NCBI GenBank assembly: GCA_023264445.1
Contig: JAHFMN010000002.1
Span: forward strand, 142,720 to 206,719
Source: Candidatus Kaiserbacteria bacterium
GTDB lineage: Bacteria > Patescibacteriota > Minisyncoccia > Phycocordibacterales > Phycocordibacteraceae
Direction of reading: 5' to 3'
Length of the DNA stretch: 64,000 bases
The notes beneath the pieces are model-generated. The model was not told the DNA's origin, did not search any database, and saw only the letters and a program-made list of their open reading frames with translations. The position numbers and the translations under genes are program-made. This document shows positions 51,394 through 60,981 of this stretch, piece after piece. Positions within the stretch are counted from its first letter, which is position 1, and each line of letters begins with the position of its first letter.

Positions 51394-52320
51394 ATGGACT
51401 GGATGATTATCAAGCGGGTGTGCATGAGCGGCGGGAAGAATTTCACCCGCGGCGGTGCGGTCTCGGCGGCGACCGTACTTATCATGACCGTCACGCTTGC
51501 CATCATCGGTTTCCTCATCTTTCTTTCCGCGCTCCTTTCATACACACTTACGACCGTGAGCAACAAGGTTGATATTTCCGTCTATTTCGTGACTGGGACA
51601 AGCGAGGCCGACATATTTTCCGTGAAGGACCAGCTCCAGAAATTGCCGCAGGTTGCAAGCGTGAGCTATACGTCTGCTGATGAGGCACTCATCGCTTTCA
51701 AAGAGCGTCACGCAAATGACCAGCTCACCCTCCAAGCTCTGAACGAGCTCGGCGGAAATCCGCTTGATGCGTCGCTTGCGATACGGGCGAAAGACCCTTC
51801 CCAATACGAGAGCGTCGTGCGCTTCCTTGAGGCGTCCCCAGCCCTTTCTACGGCGGGTACTTCTATCGTTGACCGTATTAATTATGCGCAGAATAAAGAA
51901 GTCATCGACCGTCTCTCCCTTGCGATACAGGCGACGCGCGAAATCGGCTTCGCCATCGTCATTCTTTTCGCGATAGCGTCTATCCTCATTGCGTTTGCCA
52001 CCGTCCGCCTCGCTATCTATACCGCAAAAGACGAAATAGCCGTGATGCGGCTTGTGGGAGCAAGCAATGCCTACATCCAGGGACCCTTCATCGTAACGGG
52101 TGTTATCACCGGAGTTACCGCTGCAGCGCTTGTTCTTCTCCTGTTATGGCCGGCGACGTGGTATGCGGGAGTGAAAACCTCCGGGTGGTTTGGCGGCTTC
52201 AACGTGGCAAGCTATTACGGAAGCCACTTCGCCTTCATCTTCCTCGTCCTCATGTGCTCGGGCCTCCTGCTTGGAGCGATCGCGTCTGTCTTCGCTATTA
52301 GAAGATATCTGAAGATATAG
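51394..52320 (+). CDS. ftsX: cell division permease FtsX
   Basis: NPL motif, EIAVMRLVGASNAYIQGPF. Confidence 0.9.
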   Translation: MDWMIIKRVCMSGGKNFTRGGAVSAATVLIMTVTLAIIGFLIFLSALLSYTLTTVSNKVDISVYFVTGTSEADIFSVKDQLQKLPQVASVSYTSADEALIAFKERHANDQLTLQALNELGGNPLDASLAIRAKDPSQYESVVRFLEASPALSTAGTSIVDRINYAQNKEVIDRLSLAIQATREIGFAIVILFAIASILIAFATVRLAIYTAKDEIAVMRLVGASNAYIQGPFIVTGVITGVTAAALVLLLLWPATWYAGVKTSGWFGGFNVASYYGSHFAFIFLVLMCSGLLLGAIASVFAIRRYLKI

Positions 52321-52327
52321 TCCGGGT

Positions 52328-53989
52328 ATGGCGAAAGAAGGTCACAAATACATATTCGTCCTCGGCGGAGTGATGAGCGGTGTCGGGAAGGGCGTGGTCA
52401 CCAGCTCCATCGGCCTCCTGCTTCAGCAGAAGGGGTATCCGGTCAATCTCGTGAAGGTTGATCCGTACCTGAACGTGGATGCAGGAACGATGAATCCGAC
52501 CGAGCATGGGGAAGTGTTCGTGCTTCGGAGCGGACTTGAAACGGACCAGGATATGGGCAATTACGAGCGGTTCCTCGGGCGCGATCTCACGAACGACGAC
52601 TATATGACAAGTGGCATGGTGTACCAATCGGTCATTGCCCGTGAAAGGGCGCTCGGCTACGGCGGGAAATGCGTAGAGGCCGTCCCGCATGTGCGGGATG
52701 AAATATTGCGCCGCATTGAATCCGCCGCCGCTTACAACGGCAGCCGCATCTCGGTTATAGAGATCGGCGGCACTATCGGCGACTTCCAGAATGCGCTTTT
52801 CATAGATGCAGCGCGCGTGCTGAAGATGCAGCATCCTGAGGACGTACTCTTCGTCATGGTGTCGTACCTGCCGACTCCCGGAACCCTGGGCGAGATGAAG
52901 ACAAAGCCGACGCAGACGGCAGTTCGCGACCTCAATTCCTACGGCGTGCAGCCGGATTTCATCGTCGCGCGCTCCAAAGAAGCGGTCGATGAGAAGCGAA
53001 AGGAAAAGCTTGCGATTTCCTGCAACGTGCCGAAAGATCACGTCATCTCCGCGCCAGACATCGGCAGCATCTATGAGGCGCCCTTGAACTTCGAGAAGGA
53101 CAAGCTCGGCGATTCGCTCCTCGATTCGCTTCGTTTACCGGAGAAACGACGCGCGTCGCTTGCAGCGTGGAAGAAATTCGCACTCGCCGCGGTCAATACG
53201 AAAGCGCCGGAAATCAATATCGCCGTCGTTGGAAAATATTTCGATACGGGCAGTTTCGTGCTTGCCGACGCCTATCTCTCGGTCATTGAAGCAATCAAAT
53301 TCTCCGCGGCGAAGCTCCATCGCCAGGCGAAGATAACCTGGGTGAATTCGAAAGACTTGGAGAAAGCCGGACCAAAGGTCGTCACGCAGATGCTCGGGAA
53401 GTTCCATGGCATCATCGTCCCGGGCGGTTTCGGCGAGACAGGCATCGAGGGCAAGATTAAGGCGATACGGTTCGCGCGCGAGCGGAACATACCGTATTTC
53501 GGTCTCTGCTATGGCATGCAGCTCATGGTGGTGGAATACGCGCGCAACGTACTCGGGCTCAAGGATGCAAATACAACCGAAATCAAAAAGAGCGCTGCCG
53601 ATCCGGTAGTCGACGTCATGTTGGAACAGAAGAAGCATCTCGCAGACAATAAATATGGCGGTACGATGCGTCTCGGCGTGTATCCGGCATACCTCAAGAA
53701 GGGCACGATGGCGCGTGCCGCATACAAGAAGGAACTAGTGGAAGAGCGTCATCGCCACCGGTATGAAATCAATCCGGCGTATGTGAAGCAGCTTGAAGAG
53801 GCCGGCCTTGTCTTCTCGGGGACCTCTCCCGATGGCGTCTTGATGGAGATAGCGGAGCTTCCGCGAAGCGAGCATCCCTTCATGCTCGGAACACAGTTCC
53901 ATCCCGAGTTGCAGGCGCGGCCGCTTACGCCGCATCCTTTGTTTACCGAGTTCATCCGTGCCGCGATCAAACGCAAGAGACGGAAATGA
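52328..53989 (+). CDS. pyrG: CTP synthase
   Basis: GGVMSGVGKG, DPYLNVDAGTM, GLCYGMQ, RHRHRYE, QFHPE. Confidence 0.97.
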   Translation: MAKEGHKYIFVLGGVMSGVGKGVVTSSIGLLLQQKGYPVNLVKVDPYLNVDAGTMNPTEHGEVFVLRSGLETDQDMGNYERFLGRDLTNDDYMTSGMVYQSVIARERALGYGGKCVEAVPHVRDEILRRIESAAAYNGSRISVIEIGGTIGDFQNALFIDAARVLKMQHPEDVLFVMVSYLPTPGTLGEMKTKPTQTAVRDLNSYGVQPDFIVARSKEAVDEKRKEKLAISCNVPKDHVISAPDIGSIYEAPLNFEKDKLGDSLLDSLRLPEKRRASLAAWKKFALAAVNTKAPEINIAVVGKYFDTGSFVLADAYLSVIEAIKFSAAKLHRQAKITWVNSKDLEKAGPKVVTQMLGKFHGIIVPGGFGETGIEGKIKAIRFARERNIPYFGLCYGMQLMVVEYARNVLGLKDANTTEIKKSAADPVVDVMLEQKKHLADNKYGGTMRLGVYPAYLKKGTMARAAYKKELVEERHRHRYEINPAYVKQLEEAGLVFSGTSPDGVLMEIAELPRSEHPFMLGTQFHPELQARPLTPHPLFTEFIRAAIKRKRRK

Positions 53990-53996
53990 AAAGAAG

Positions 53997-54743
53997 TTAA
54001 GAAATCGCTCGAACAGCTTCGGTCAGGAGATCGACTTCCCTAAAAAATTGTGGGGAGCGTGTGTCGCGCGGGCGGGGTAGCGGTATGGAAAGCGTCTCCT
54101 GCACTCGCCCGGGGTGAGTGTTCATGATGATGACTTTATCGGAGAGTTCAATGGAGTCGGGGATGAGATGATTCACCATGAGCACCGTCATGCCGTAGCT
54201 CCGCCAGATCTTCAACAGGTCGGCTTTGAGCGATTCGGCAGTAATCGTGTCTAAATTAGAGAACGGTTCGTCCATGACAAGGAGGTCGGGGGAAATGGCG
54301 AGTGCGCGGGCGAGCCCGACCCTCTGGCGCTGACCGCCGGAGAGCTCCGAGGGATAGGAGTGAGCAAGATGTCCAAGCCCGACCTCTTTCAATTTCTCGT
54401 GCGCGATCTGTTCGCGGTTGTCCTTTGGCATCCCGCTCATGCGCAAGCCGAACGCAGCGTTGTCGAGCGCCGAGAGCCACGGGAAAAGCGCATAATTCTG
54501 AAATACCATCCCTGGTCGGAAGAAATTGCGCACGATGGTGCCGCTCGTGTGCGGCATGAGGCCAAGGATGACACGCATGAGGGTGGACTTACCGGCGCCG
54601 GAAGGTCCGATGATAGAGACGAATGAACCTTTCTGAACAGAGAAGGAAATATCCTTCAGAGCGGTCACGCCTTTATGATCTTCATCGGGGAAGCGTGCCG
54701 ATACACGCGAGAGGACAAGTTCCATACCATTTGAGTCGGTCAT
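53997..54743 (-). CDS. ABC ATPase, NitT/TauT family
   Basis: GPSGAGKST, VFQNYALFPW, LSGGQRQR, MDEPFS.LD. Confidence 0.9.
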   Translation of the reverse strand: MTDSNGMELVLSRVSARFPDEDHKGVTALKDISFSVQKGSFVSIIGPSGAGKSTLMRVILGLMPHTSGTIVRNFFRPGMVFQNYALFPWLSALDNAAFGLRMSGMPKDNREQIAHEKLKEVGLGHLAHSYPSELSGGQRQRVGLARALAISPDLLVMDEPFSNLDTITAESLKADLLKIWRSYGMTVLMVNHLIPDSIELSDKVIIMNTHPGRVQETLSIPLPRPRDTRSPQFFREVDLLTEAVRAIS

Positions 54744-54744
54744 A

Positions 54745-55500
54745 TCATTCAGAGTAACGCTTGCTGCTCTCGGCCAGAAGCGGCGCCCACACGAGACGAT
54801 TTAGTATGAATACGATGAGCAAGATGGCGAAAGTACCAGCGATCGAGGCTTGATTGACGCCCGAGACGCTCGCTTCTCGGATGAAATCGCCGAAGCCGGC
54901 GACGTTCGTAATGATTTCAGCGCCAATGATAGCTTCCCAGCCGATGGCGATGCCGACGATGGAACCGGTAAGCATCGCGGGGAAGGAGAGTGGGGCGAGG
55001 TAGAAGGGAATTCGCCGGAGCCCGCGCGCTCCAAAGATAGTAGCCGCATCAGAGAGATCCTTATGTGCGTTCCTGATGGCCGTGAGCACTGCAAAGAGGA
55101 TGGGCCAGATGATGGAGCTTGCAGCAAAGAAGATAATCATCTGGCTCGTGTAGCCGAAGAAGAAAATAAAGAGCGGTATCATCGCGAAAGATGGAAGGTT
55201 CTGGAGTATGTCGAAGAAAGGGAAGAGCATGTCGGTGAACGGGCTCCAGCCGACCAAAAGAGCAATACCGATGCCAAGTACAAGTGCAATCCCATACGCA
55301 AAGACGAGGCGATAGGTGGTGCGAAGGACGGCATCAACTAGAGAGGGCCACGCGACCGTCCCAAAATAGCCGAGCGCGATACAGAGGAGGGCGACGGCGA
55401 GGATGCACGTCATGAGAAGCCATGCTCGCCGGTGGCGCGTCAGGTGGGTGCGGTGCCACGCGCGGGTCTGCACGTGCGCGACGCTGTGTATCATGCTCAT
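54745..55500 (-). CDS. ABC permease, NitT/TauT family
   Basis: DAATIFGA EAA-like loop, W..IIGAE. Confidence 0.85.
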   Translation of the reverse strand: MSMIHSVAHVQTRAWHRTHLTRHRRAWLLMTCILAVALLCIALGYFGTVAWPSLVDAVLRTTYRLVFAYGIALVLGIGIALLVGWSPFTDMLFPFFDILQNLPSFAMIPLFIFFFGYTSQMIIFFAASSIIWPILFAVLTAIRNAHKDLSDAATIFGARGLRRIPFYLAPLSFPAMLTGSIVGIAIGWEAIIGAEIITNVAGFGDFIREASVSGVNQASIAGTFAILLIVFILNRLVWAPLLAESSKRYSE

Positions 55501-55634
55501 ATTCTAGCGCGTCTTTTGGTTTCTCCGGGGATATGCCCACTCTTTCGTACCCGACTTGCTTTTATTTTTTGTGTATAATTGGGGTAGAAGGGGGTGTGAG
55601 GGTATTGATTATAAAAAGAACGTTATTGTCATTT

Positions 55635-56393
55635 ATGCGTACATTAAGAACTATAGGAGTTGTGAGCAGTGCCGCTGCACTTCTTCTTACAGCGAACATT
55701 GCGTTTGCGGAAGATCGGCCGACGACCAAGGGTAGGCAGGATGCGAATGTTGAACTCAGGATGAAATCGGCTTCAACGACAGAGAATGAGACGAACAAGG
55801 AGAATGCAAAAGAGCGTGTGAAAGCGGCACGCGAGGAAGTGAAGGCTCGCATGGAGGTGGAGCATGAGAAAGTCACCAAGCGACTCACCGACATTCAGGA
55901 CAAAGTGAAACGGGAGATGGCGGAAAAGATCGCAACCCAGTTTGGGCGTCTCAACGACACATGGACCGATCACTTTATAGATCTGCTTGATCGCTATGAC
56001 GCGGTCATACAGAAGATTCAAGCTAGAGCTGACATCGCTGCCAGTGCCGGGAAGGATGTCACAAGCGTCACGGCAGCTATACAGTCGGCTAAGACTGCAA
56101 TCGCAACCGCACGAGCGGCCGTAATCGCTCAGGCAGCCAAGACGTATGCAGTGGCCTCCTCGACCATCCCTACAACCGCGACCAGCACACCAAGCGGTCA
56201 GGAAAAGATTATGCAGAACTTGCGCAAGTCGTTCCAGGACCTCCATACGACGCTCTTCAAGGACCTCACCACGCTTCGTGATGGGGTGATGAAAGACGCG
56301 CGTCAGGCAGTCCAGAACGCGCTCCAGGCTCTCGGGAAAGTCCCCGAAGTCGACGAGGATCACGCGACTACGACCCCAGCATCAAATCAGTAA
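55635..56393 (+). CDS. secreted coiled-coil hypothetical protein
   Basis: Signal peptide ending AFA; charged helical body. Confidence 0.7.
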   Translation: MRTLRTIGVVSSAAALLLTANIAFAEDRPTTKGRQDANVELRMKSASTTENETNKENAKERVKAAREEVKARMEVEHEKVTKRLTDIQDKVKREMAEKIATQFGRLNDTWTDHFIDLLDRYDAVIQKIQARADIAASAGKDVTSVTAAIQSAKTAIATARAAVIAQAAKTYAVASSTIPTTATSTPSGQEKIMQNLRKSFQDLHTTLFKDLTTLRDGVMKDARQAVQNALQALGKVPEVDEDHATTTPASNQ

Positions 56394-56411
56394 TCTCTCA
56401 CTTATCTCACT

Positions 56412-56651
56412 ATGGACTATCAAACAACTGAATCCTCAAACACGATGTGGTACATCATCGGCGCCGTCATCATTATTGCGATTGGGCTCTGGTACTTCTA
56501 CGCTCCGCAGTCGATGACCACCAGCACCGAATCAACAGCAAACGACACCACCACAGCGGCTATCTCAGCAGATCTCGAACAGATTCCGGACGATTCAGCG
56601 GCGTTCAATCAGGCCGCAGCTGCTTCAGCTCAGGACGTTTCGGGTTTCTAA
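56412..56651 (+). CDS. small single-TM hypothetical protein
   Basis: TM followed by Thr/Ser-rich tail; hairpin at ~56665-56700. Confidence 0.65.
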   Translation: MDYQTTESSNTMWYIIGAVIIIAIGLWYFYAPQSMTTSTESTANDTTTAAISADLEQIPDDSAAFNQAAAASAQDVSGF

Positions 56652-56747
56652 GAAAAGCATCAAGTAGAAAACCGTCCCGTCAAAGCGGGGCGGTTTTCTA
56701 TTGTGCGAACGGTTGAACAAACCCGACTTTTAACGTATCGTCTCTCT

Positions 56748-56878
56748 ATTGCCAGATCGTCTAATGGTAAGCCCTGTGGGCTTTCTGCTACGCTCGCTCG
56801 GAAAGAGTAAATAGGAAATTCACTCTTTACCTCGCTTCGCTAGCAGTAGGACAATTTCCTCCCAAGAGGCCTGGCAAT
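56748..56878 (+). pseudogene. degenerate tRNA-Gln copy interrupted by a hairpin element
   Basis: 22-nt identity to the tRNA-Gln 5' end; resumes GTAGGAC; ends CTGGCAAT. Confidence 0.55.
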
Positions 56879-56897
56879 GAGGTACAGTGATACACAT

Positions 56898-56968
56898 TGC
56901 CAGATCGTCTAATGGTAGGACCTCAGACTCTGAATCTGAGTATCTTGGTTCGAATCCAAGTCTGGCAG
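56898..56968 (+). tRNA. tRNA-Gln(CTG)
   Basis: TGCCAGA/TCTGGCA; TCAGA-CTCTGAA-TCTGA; GGTTCGAATCC. Confidence 0.95.
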
Positions 56969-57104
56969 CTCTTCGTCGCTTCGCTCCTCAGAGCCTCCGG
57001 CCCGTCCTCGGGTCGAGGGCTCTGATGTATATGTGCGACGAAGACACCGAGCGAGCGGAGCGACGAGGTACCTCACAATGACGAGAGATGTATTATTCGA
57101 ATAT

Positions 57105-57395
57105 ATGCATTTCGTTTACATCCTTGAATGTGCCGACAAATCTTTGTATGTCGGGTGCACGAACAATCTGGAGAAACGTCTCAAACAGCACAACGATTCA
57201 AAACGGGGTGCACACTACACAAAAATCCGCCGACCGGTAATCCTCAAATATTTAGAAACTTTTTCAACACTTAAAGAAGCCAGGCAACGAGAATCCGAAA
57301 TCAAGCGCTGGCGCCGCGAAAAGAAACTGAATCTGATAAAATCCGGCCAGCACTTCTTCAACTCCACAAAGTCGAAGGTTCATCAGTACCTTTGA
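57105..57395 (+). CDS. GIY-YIG nuclease (UPF0213-like)
   Basis: FVYIL..LYVG.T..L..RL.QH..GAHYT..A..RE..IK. Confidence 0.9.
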   Translation: MHFVYILECADKSLYVGCTNNLEKRLKQHNDSKRGAHYTKIRRPVILKYLETFSTLKEARQRESEIKRWRREKKLNLIKSGQHFFNSTKSKVHQYL

Positions 57396-57415
57396 CCAAG
57401 GTATACTGCACTCAT

Positions 57416-58462
57416 ATGATACAAAGCCAGAAACTCCGGCCGTATTTCCTCATAGTAACTCTTGCCGTCGCTGCCGCGCTCGCTGTCGCAGTTTTCTGGC
57501 CGTTCTTGAAGCCGCTTGCGCTCGCTATGGTATTCGCCGTCGTGCTTCAGGGGCTCTATAGGAGGATTTCAAACCTAATAGGCGGCTGGCCGAGCATCGC
57601 CGCGCTCCTCACAGTCGTCGTGAGCGTCTTCCTCATACTGCTCCCACTTTCTCTCATCGGCACGCTAGTGGGGAGTCAGGCGCACAGTCTCTATGTTTCG
57701 CTTGAAGAGGGGGGTGGACAGAGCGCCGTCGCGCAATTGTTTCTCCAAGCCGATGAAATGTTCGGCGGAGTCGTACCGGGACTTGGAGAATTCTCTCGCG
57801 ATATTTCCGCGAATGTCGACACATACGCCAAAGAAGCCCTGCAGTGGATCGCCGGACATGCAGGGCAACTTTTTTCGAGCCTCTCGCGGCTCCTCCTCTC
57901 TTTCCTCATCTTCTTCATCGCGCTCTATTATCTCCTGCGCGACGGCAAGCGCGTGCGGCAGATTCTCATCGAGCTTTCTCCTTTGAGCGATAAGGAAGAT
58001 GAAGGGGTATTCGATCGGCTCGAGCTTGCGGTCAATTCCATCATCAAGGGAAATCTCACGATTGCGCTCCTGCAAGGAATCCTCACGACCATCGGCTTCA
58101 CGCTCTTCGGCGTGCCAAACGCGATTCTCTGGGGGACGGTTGCCGCCGTCGCAGCGCTCATCCCTGGCATCGGAACGGCACTCGTTATCACTCCGGCCGT
58201 CTTGTTCCTCTTTTTCACTGGAACGTCAGTACAAGCATTCGGGCTCCTCGTGTGGGGTATGCTTGCCGTCGGACTCGTCGACAATTTGCTCGGTCCCAAG
58301 CTCGTCGGAAGGGGAATGAAACTGCACCCGCTCCTCGTCCTCCTTTCGGTCCTCGGCGGACTCATGTACTTCGGCCCGATCGGCATTTTCCTCGGCCCCT
58401 TGACCGTAAGTCTCCTCTTCGCTCTCCTCTCTATCTACGCTGATGTCTCGCGGAGCGCGTAA
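57416..58462 (+). CDS. AI-2E family transporter
   Basis: YYLLRDG, IPGIG, DNLLGPKLVG..LHP, GIFLGP. Confidence 0.9.
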   Translation: MIQSQKLRPYFLIVTLAVAAALAVAVFWPFLKPLALAMVFAVVLQGLYRRISNLIGGWPSIAALLTVVVSVFLILLPLSLIGTLVGSQAHSLYVSLEEGGGQSAVAQLFLQADEMFGGVVPGLGEFSRDISANVDTYAKEALQWIAGHAGQLFSSLSRLLLSFLIFFIALYYLLRDGKRVRQILIELSPLSDKEDEGVFDRLELAVNSIIKGNLTIALLQGILTTIGFTLFGVPNAILWGTVAAVAALIPGIGTALVITPAVLFLFFTGTSVQAFGLLVWGMLAVGLVDNLLGPKLVGRGMKLHPLLVLLSVLGGLMYFGPIGIFLGPLTVSLLFALLSIYADVSRSA

Positions 58463-58482
58463 GACATAAAGAGTTTCCTGCT

Positions 58483-59163
58483 ATGGACAGAGAACAACCG
58501 CTAGCGGACATGCCAGAAGAAAAGTTGGCGCTCGTCGAGCGCCGACACGAGTACGGCGATGTTTACACCTACCTCTTCAAGCCTGCGCACCCCATACCGT
58601 ATGAAGCGGGGCAGTACGGCCACGTGCGCTTGTATGACATGCCGGCAGAGGTAAAGCCGGTGCACGAGCTCTCATTTGCCTCCGCGCCGCATGAGGAGCT
58701 CATATGGTTTGGCATCGACAGCCGCTCGAAGAGTCCCTACCAGCAGAAATTGCTTTCGCTTGTACCGGGCGATGAAATAGGATTATTTAAGGTGAAGCGG
58801 CACATGCTCTGGCCGCCGCAAGGGAGCGATGTCGTTATGATTGCGGGAGGTGTCGGCATCACGCCGATGCGTTCATTTCTCGTAGATGCCGCTCATAAAA
58901 AGCTTCCACTCACGACGACCGTGATGCACATCGGTCGTGGACCATTTTTATATGGTGATGAATTATCAAAACTCGCGACGAAATATCAGACGGTAGGGAG
59001 GGAAGATTTGTCAGAGACTCTTGCCGCCGTTGTGCAAGAACACCCCGATGCGGTGTACTACGTCGCTGGCTCGCCGAGCTTGGTAGAGACACTCGCCGAT
59101 ACGCTCGCGCACGCTGGTATCACACGCATCGAAAGCGATGCCTTCAAAGGTCTTTTGGATTAA
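58483..59163 (+). CDS. FNR-like FAD/NAD(P)-binding oxidoreductase
   Basis: GQY, LSFASAP, MIAGGVGITP, YYVAGSP. Confidence 0.85.
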   Translation: MDREQPLADMPEEKLALVERRHEYGDVYTYLFKPAHPIPYEAGQYGHVRLYDMPAEVKPVHELSFASAPHEELIWFGIDSRSKSPYQQKLLSLVPGDEIGLFKVKRHMLWPPQGSDVVMIAGGVGITPMRSFLVDAAHKKLPLTTTVMHIGRGPFLYGDELSKLATKYQTVGREDLSETLAAVVQEHPDAVYYVAGSPSLVETLADTLAHAGITRIESDAFKGLLD

Positions 59164-59172
59164 AAAGGAAGG

Positions 59173-59218
59173 TTCTTTGTACGAATTTTAACCTATAGGT
59201 CGAAATTCGTACAAAGAA
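59173..59218. repeat. 46-bp near-perfect palindrome
   Basis: TTCTTTGTACGAATTT..ACCTA|TAGGT..AAATTCGTACAAAGAA. Confidence 0.85.
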
Positions 59219-59251
59219 TACAAATAAGAGAGTCCCGCGCGGTGCGCGGGA

Positions 59252-59626
59252 CTAGTGCTTCTTGAGGTGAATTTCCTTTCCCTCCCATTCTTCAATCTTT
59301 TTCTTCTGTACGCGGAGGTTGAGCTGGGCCGGTTTACGGCATGCCCCTCTGACGGAGGCGAGCGAGCTCGGCAATTCCCACGCTGCAGAAATGAGCAGAG
59401 TGGCGTACACGTATCCCGACTCCTCCTTCACGAGACGGATGGTGCTTTGTGGGTCCAGACGGCACTGAAGAGGATACTCTCCAGCGTCATTTCTAAACTC
59501 CGCCCACACCTCCTTCTTCCATGCTTCTTTCTGCGTTACTTCGTATTCGTTCGTTTCCGAGAACGAAAACGCAAAGCTCGGACCCACTACTATCAGAAGT
59601 CCGAGGAACAGCAGTGTCATGCGCAT
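59252..59626 (-). CDS. hypothetical secreted protein
   Basis: Signal peptide; GGGAG SD. Confidence 0.55.
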   Translation of the reverse strand: MRMTLLFLGLLIVVGPSFAFSFSETNEYEVTQKEAWKKEVWAEFRNDAGEYPLQCRLDPQSTIRLVKEESGYVYATLLISAAWELPSSLASVRGACRKPAQLNLRVQKKKIEEWEGKEIHLKKH

Positions 59627-59704
59627 AGCAGGCTCCCAAGAACGAAATACCCGAAATGACTATAACACATATATTTATAATATGCAATACCTTCTTGCCA
59701 TGTC

Positions 59705-59733
59705 TTGACAGAATTCACCCCGATGCGTAGTAT
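59705..59733 (+). promoter_or_regulatory. sigma70 promoter
   Basis: TTGACA-17 bp-TAGTAT. Confidence 0.55.
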
Positions 59734-59820
59734 CGCCGGATCGACCCACCTGGGTCGATTTCCTTGTCTCGTTCGTTCTTAGAGCGAGCGGGACTCAACA
59801 TTCAAAGAGAGAGGTCTTTC

Positions 59821-60111
59821 ATGAAGAACAAGCAAGGGAAATACACCCGTCTGGTCCCCGTGATGATCAAGGGCAAGCTGCTCTTGGTCGATGCCAACAG
59901 CATCCACAAGAGCGATCGCACGATACATCACGGCACCACGGCTGCGGGAACCCCGGTGAACAGCGCGCAGAGCTGCGGCATCGGCGACTCGACTATCGTC
60001 TGGCCGGCCGACGGCGCGCCGCCCGTCTCGTTCAAGAACGACGACTTGCAGGTCTTCGCCAGGCAGACGCTGGAGGCCTCGGGCTTCCAGATCAAGGCGC
60101 CGCAGACCTAG
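59821..60111 (+). CDS. hypothetical protein
   Basis: GAGG SD, GC3-rich codons, upstream promoter. Confidence 0.6.
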   Translation: MKNKQGKYTRLVPVMIKGKLLLVDANSIHKSDRTIHHGTTAAGTPVNSAQSCGIGDSTIVWPADGAPPVSFKNDDLQVFARQTLEASGFQIKAPQT

Positions 60112-60203
60112 TCAGGCGCCGGCGCGACCCGCACGAACGGATAGCAATATCCGAGTCGCAACAGCAGGCAGTTTCTCCTCCGGGAGGAACTGCCTGCCTT
60201 CTT

Positions 60204-60929
60204 TTATTTCATCCCAATCTCCGCAAGGAACGTTTTCAATTCTTCGCCTTCGATGGTGCGCCACGTCCCAGGTGCAAGCTTTCCGAGCTGTATGTTCAAT
60301 ATGCGCACGCGCTCAAGCCCAACGACCGTATTATGGAGCGCCTCAACCATCCGGCGTATCTGGTGCTTTTTACCTTCGGTGAGCGTGATAGAAAAACTTC
60401 TCTCGCCAGTCACGCGTACCGTACAGGGCTTTGTCAGGTAGCCGCCAATATCAACACCCGCTTCCATCGCTTTCTTGAAGCTCGCGCGCAGGGGCTCTTG
60501 GGTCTGTACTCGATATTCCTTTTCATGCCCGTAACGTGGGTTCAAAAGCCGATCGGTGACCCTTCCGTCGTCCGTGAGGATGATGAGGCCGCTCGAGCTC
60601 TTGTCGAGGCGGCCTATAGGGAAGATGTCCTGCATCGGGACGCTCTTTTTAATATCTTTTTCACCCAACTGCGGTGAGTGGGTAATGACGCCAACCGGCT
60701 TGTGATAAGCATAGTAGAGGAATTTTTTTGAAGAAACCGCACCGCGCATCTCGACTCGATCGCCCAGATGCACCTTATCGCCAAGTACGGCAACACGGCC
60801 GTTGATAAGAACCTTTCCGTTAGCAATGAGTTCATCTGCACCGCGCCGCGTTGCGACGCCTTTATGGGCGAGATATGTATTGATGCGTATCGGATAGGTG
60901 TCGGCCGTCTCTGCGGCGGATCGTGGCAT
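60204..60929 (-). CDS. RsuA/RluB/RluF-family pseudouridine synthase
   Basis: S4 domain; GRLDKSSSGL..LT.DG; EGKKHQIRRM. Confidence 0.92.
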   Translation of the reverse strand: MPRSAAETADTYPIRINTYLAHKGVATRRGADELIANGKVLINGRVAVLGDKVHLGDRVEMRGAVSSKKFLYYAYHKPVGVITHSPQLGEKDIKKSVPMQDIFPIGRLDKSSSGLIILTDDGRVTDRLLNPRYGHEKEYRVQTQEPLRASFKKAMEAGVDIGGYLTKPCTVRVTGERSFSITLTEGKKHQIRRMVEALHNTVVGLERVRILNIQLGKLAPGTWRTIEGEELKTFLAEIGMK

Positions 60930-60981
60930 AGCGGCACTATAGCGTATTTCCCTTGGTTGTATGTTTGATACAATGGAGAGG

